From the NCBI GenBank assembly GCA_973851085.1, contig OZ316775.1, positions 5,084,001-5,148,000 on the forward strand: a DNA stretch of 64,000 bases. Direction: 5' to 3'. Under the pieces are notes generated by a model, which saw nothing but the letters and a program-made list of their open reading frames with translations, had not been told where the DNA came from and ran no database searches. Within the stretch, counting starts at the first letter, position 1. Each line of letters opens with the position of its first letter. Below are positions 60,226-64,000 of the stretch, piece after piece. The stretch is from Ptychomitrium polyphyllum. Lineage: Eukaryota. A program made the position numbers and the translations under genes.

Positions 60226-62580
60226 TCAATAGACCTGCTGGCCAATGTAAGTTTTACCGAAGGCCCACTCTGGGCCTGCAAGTCTACTGACAGAAACCTT
60301 CTTGTCACTGGTGATTACCTTAACGGAGATTCCTTTGCCGCAGTAATTGCGACTACATTGCCAGTTTGCGCCCCAGTTCCGAGACATAGGTGCCCAATCC
60401 GTTTTGTCACCCTTCAAGTACACCTCAGTTACCACACCTGATCCTCCCACGTTGGTGATTGTCAATAGGTTGAAATTACAATTACCGTTCAAAGTGAATC
60501 TGATTCCTCCATGTTTCTTGCAAGGAACTCTGCGTGCACGAGTCGACTCATCAGAAACAAGGCAGTAACAATCGACAAGAAAGAAACGACGAACGCCGCA
60601 ATGAAACTGTATTTGAGAGTAAAAATAGGGAGTTCGAACTCGTACCTTCGGTAGTTTAGTGGCACAACACCAGCCTTCGGATCAGCGATTTTTGCAAAGG
60701 CAGGATAGGAAAGGTCAAAGTGCTGATTAGCTCCGTTGCACCATCCTCCATTGTCCGCACTCCGTCCTGGGTTAGGAGGACAAAAGTTGGTAATACTTAC
60801 AAGCACGGAACCAGGTTTGCAAGATTTTGCGCCACTGCAGGCCACTTCATAGCAAGCACCACAGGCCATTCCGTTCTTAAAGAGAGCTGAAGACAATGCA
60901 GCCGAATAAGCACCATAGCCGGACGCATATAGGTTACCGTAGCCACAGGCTCCCGCTGCATCATCACGGAAAAATATTATAAATTAATTACACCAAAGAA
61001 ATGATCAAGCGACGCAAGGACATAAGAAAACAGGATCTCTGCTGCCGTAGCAGGATTTGAAATGGGTCTGAAGCACAAAAGCATGAATCACTAGAACAGA
61101 GATCACAGTACTTACACATAGTTCCAGAGGCATCCATGCCACCGTAGAACGTGCACTTCCCTTTCCCCCAAGTTTCCCTCGAATTCGGACCTCGTGTGTA
61201 CGTTTGGGATTTCCCGAGAGCAAATCCTGCAGTGTTCGATGCGTTGCTTTCAGATTTAGCTGAAGCATTATCCCCGCCCATTGCAGCAAACGACTGACCG
61301 TCTGCGCCGCCGCCTCCATATGACTGCACACCATAGCCGGCTCCTCCAGAGTGGTCCTTGTCGTCGATTGTTGGATAGTCACCAGTCAGGAGCTGTCCCT
61401 GCTGAGAGGAGAAGTCCGCTGCAAAAGATGTCCCCGCGTCTGCTGCAGCAAACGACTGACCGTCTGCGCCGCCGCCTCCATATGACTGCACACCATAGCC
61501 GGCTCCTCCAGAGTGGTCCTTGTCGTCGATTGTTGGATAGTCACCAGTCAGGAGCTGTCCCTGCTGAGAGGAGAAGTCCGCTGCAAAAGATGTCCCCGCG
61601 TCTGCTGCAGCAAACGACTGACCGTCTGCGCCGCCGCCTCCATATGACTGCACACCATAGCCGGCTCCTCCAGAGTGGTCCTTGTCGTCGATTGTTGGAT
61701 AGTCACCAGTCAGGAGCTGTCCCTGCTGAGAGGAGAAGTCCGCTGCAAAAGATGTCCCCGCGTCTGCTGCAGCAAACGACTGACCGTCTGCGCCGCCGCC
61801 TCCATATGACTGCACACCATAGCCGGCTCCTCCAGAGTGGTCCTTGTCGTCGATTGTTGGATAGTCACCAGTCAGGAGCTGTCCTTGCTGAGAGGAGGAG
61901 TCCGCTGCAAAAGATGTCCCCGCGTCCACTGCAGCAAACGACTGACCGTCTGCGCCGCCGCCTTCATATGACTGCACACCATAGCCGGCTCCTCCAGAGT
62001 GGTCCTTGTCGTCGATTGTTGGATAGTCACCAGTCAGGAGCTGTCCCTGCTGAGAGGAGTCCGTTGCGAATGATGTTCCCGAGTCTGATCCAGCAGCTGC
62101 GGCTTCAGGAGCATTCTTTTCTATATAAGGGGGTTGGGCAGGGGCTTCTGGTTCCACCATGTCGAATCCAACGGGGATCGAGTTTGCTGAAGGTGATGGT
62201 TCAGGAGCTGAAGCAACATTAATAAATTTCTCATCAACAGCTCGTGCAAGGTCGACCAGCACAAGATCAGTATCTTGTCCTTGTTCCACAGTAGATAAGA
62301 CTGCGCTATGAGTAGTATCAGATCCTTCAGTAGTTGTAGTAATAGCTGGCGCCATAACTGGTGAGGCGGCAGGTCCCTGTTCTACGGTTGATAAGACTGC
62401 GCTGTGGGTGGTGTCAGATCCTTCAGTTGCATTAGTAATACTTATCGCCAAGGTTGGTGCGGCGGTAGGTGCGGTCATAGACGAAAGTATTACTTGAGTT
62501 ACATATGCCCCAGCACCTTCTTCGGCAGACTGGACTTTACCGCAGAGCAGCAGCAGCGCCACAACAAGCACTGCAGCCAT
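60226..62580 (-). CDS. EXPA: Alpha-expansin with signal peptide and a ~450-aa AGP-like/repetitive N-terminal extension; exons 62580-61116, 60955-60646, 60529-60226
   Basis: TFYGGMDASGTM|SGACGYGNLY..GYG, AALSSALF.NG.ACGACY, TNFCPPN, GGWCN..HFDLS.PAF, YRR|VPC..GGIRFT.NG, ITNVGG.G and MSRNWGANWQ, with EXPA-typical intron positions. A 5'UTR intron probably runs from a donor at ~63423 to ~62594. Confidence 0.93.
61281..62085 (-). repeat. Five coding tandem repeats of 162 bp (54 aa) in the expansin extension
   Basis: gcagcaaacgactgacc recurs at 61283, 61445, 61607, 61769 and 61931 (period 162). The copies are near-identical. Confidence 0.97.
62275..62435 (-). repeat. Second coding duplication in the expansin extension (TEGSDTTHSAVLSTVEQG x2, ~99-bp period)
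   Basis: The same peptide is encoded twice with synonymous differences. Confidence 0.85.
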
Positions 62581-64000
62581 CTTTGCAGATACCCTAAACA
62601 AACGAATAAACATAAACGATTTCAGAGGAAGAATTAAGTTTCTTTCAGCAGAACCCTTGTACAGACCAAAACACTCCTGAAGAAGCATAGCAAAAATTCC
62701 GTTTCAATACAAACTGTCAAGAGATCATTTGATTTAATCACAGTTAGAAAGCTCAACATTGTAGTAGGAGAAACTTCACGCAGTATACTACTTATGATCA
62801 AAGCAGACCATCCCTCCCACTCGAATCATAATCACATCAGTTTCATGAACAACTCTGCCAAAAATTTGCAGAACACGAAGATCAGACTTTCATTTCACAA
62901 TGCTGCACAGTCCTCCCAGGAACTCTCGCTTACGAACTAGTTAAGAGCCAACCTTAAACTTAAAAAAAGGTAAAGTGCTACAACCCTTCAAGGTACCAAA
63001 AAATGCAGAGTCCAAGATGCGGCACCATATTCTCAAGTTACGATATGGCAAAGTTGGACTTTAAGAACTTGAAACCGCACAAGCGAGAAAGAGGACGTGC
63101 CGGAGACAGAAATGCAACAACATGCAAGAGGTAGAGTACATCTTATATTGACGAATCAACGCATGTTTGAACTGAAAGCACCAAAAAAGCGCGCAGAAAC
63201 GACGAGCATGAACGGGAGTATGCGACTCCTTAACAAGCACGTTTACAATGCATCGGCGAGCAAGAACAAAAAGAGGAAAAGAGCTTCACCTTGGCAGATT
63301 TCAACTTAAGAGCACCGAAAACCGCGCAGTGAGGAAAAGGAAGCACAGGAGGACGCGGCTCCTAAAAACATCATATACTGCAACGCAACGCTACGCAACA
63401 AGCACGAGAGAGAGAACACTTACATTGGAGAATCGATGGTGAAGCCAGGCGCGGTCGGGGACGTAGCAGGGGAGGCTCCAACAGCAGCAATGGCGAAGAG
63501 GTCAGTCCAGGCGAAGGACCCGACGCGAGACGGTGCCTTAACAAGAGCGCGATGGGAGCGCGGCCGTCCCTCCCTGGTGATCGGCGCCGGAGCGGCTTGG
63601 CGGGCGTCGGCGGGTCATGAGCGAAAGCGGGCGAGACTTGCGGAAGACGGGGTGAAACTCGCTGTGATCGTGTCGCCACTAGGGCTGCGGCCATCGCGGG
63701 CATGGACGAGTGAAGCGCCTCCGCTTAATCTCCGGGCCTCCCACGTTCTGGTGCCTCTGCCTCTCCCTCTGTCCTTCTCGTTGTGCTGCCTACTCCCTGC
63801 GTTTGTTTCGAAACCCCAAGTCCCGCCTCTCCGGTCTCAGCACCGGGCCTCCTGTTGCTGTTGCTGTCGCTTTCAAACATCCCCTTCAGCTTGTCTGATG
63901 TGCCCCCCTTCCACGTCCGCGCTACTACAGCACCCAGGCTTGCTGCAGAGCCGAGTTTTGGAGCGTTGAATTGGGGTTTGCGCTAATTTTGCAAATTCAG

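Noticed and set aside
61281..62222. 313-aa plus-strand repetitive ORF and the regular 162-bp array as a CRISPR-like or independent gene
   Set aside because: Antisense reading of the expansin coding repeats. The units are contiguous without unique spacers, and the genome is eukaryotic.
63371..63986. GC-rich ORFs at the window end
   Set aside because: Consistent with the expansin first non-coding exon (-) and the leader of an unseen downstream gene (+); no protein motifs.

Overview
Gene-dense eukaryotic window with GT-AG introns. It is most consistent with a moss (bryophyte) nuclear chromosome, given the land-plant housekeeping genes, a flagellar-type gene and a moss-type chromovirus; the species cannot be fixed from sequence alone. 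I hand-spliced 12 protein-coding genes: a glyoxalase/VOC protein (-), a 10-exon SHIPPO/ODF3-like sperm-tail repeat protein that is almost invisible in the ORF track (-), a plastid ABCI10-type ATPase (+), a 3-exon SdpI/DUF1648-like membrane protein of bacterial type (+), the PI31 proteasome regulator (+), seipin (-), F-box protein 7 (-), WBP11/ELF5 (+), ANKZF1/Vms1 (-), an OSCA/ERD4 channel (+), a small conserved plant membrane protein (+) and an alpha-expansin with a ~450-aa repetitive N-terminal extension (-). A full-length but decayed Ty3/Gypsy chromovirus lies at 50264-56847 (-). Main highlights: (1) an intron-containing homologue of the Bacillus toxin-immunity protein SdpI with a plant-style dileucine tail, a candidate domesticated horizontal transfer; (2) a perfect 12-nt Tf1-style self-priming signature in the retrotransposon, plus an extra open ORF after pol; (3) the hidden axonemal repeat gene; (4) the expansin with five 54-aa DY-containing repeats; (5) a splice-phase conflict in the OSCA gene. 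All family assignments come from recognised motifs, not database searches.
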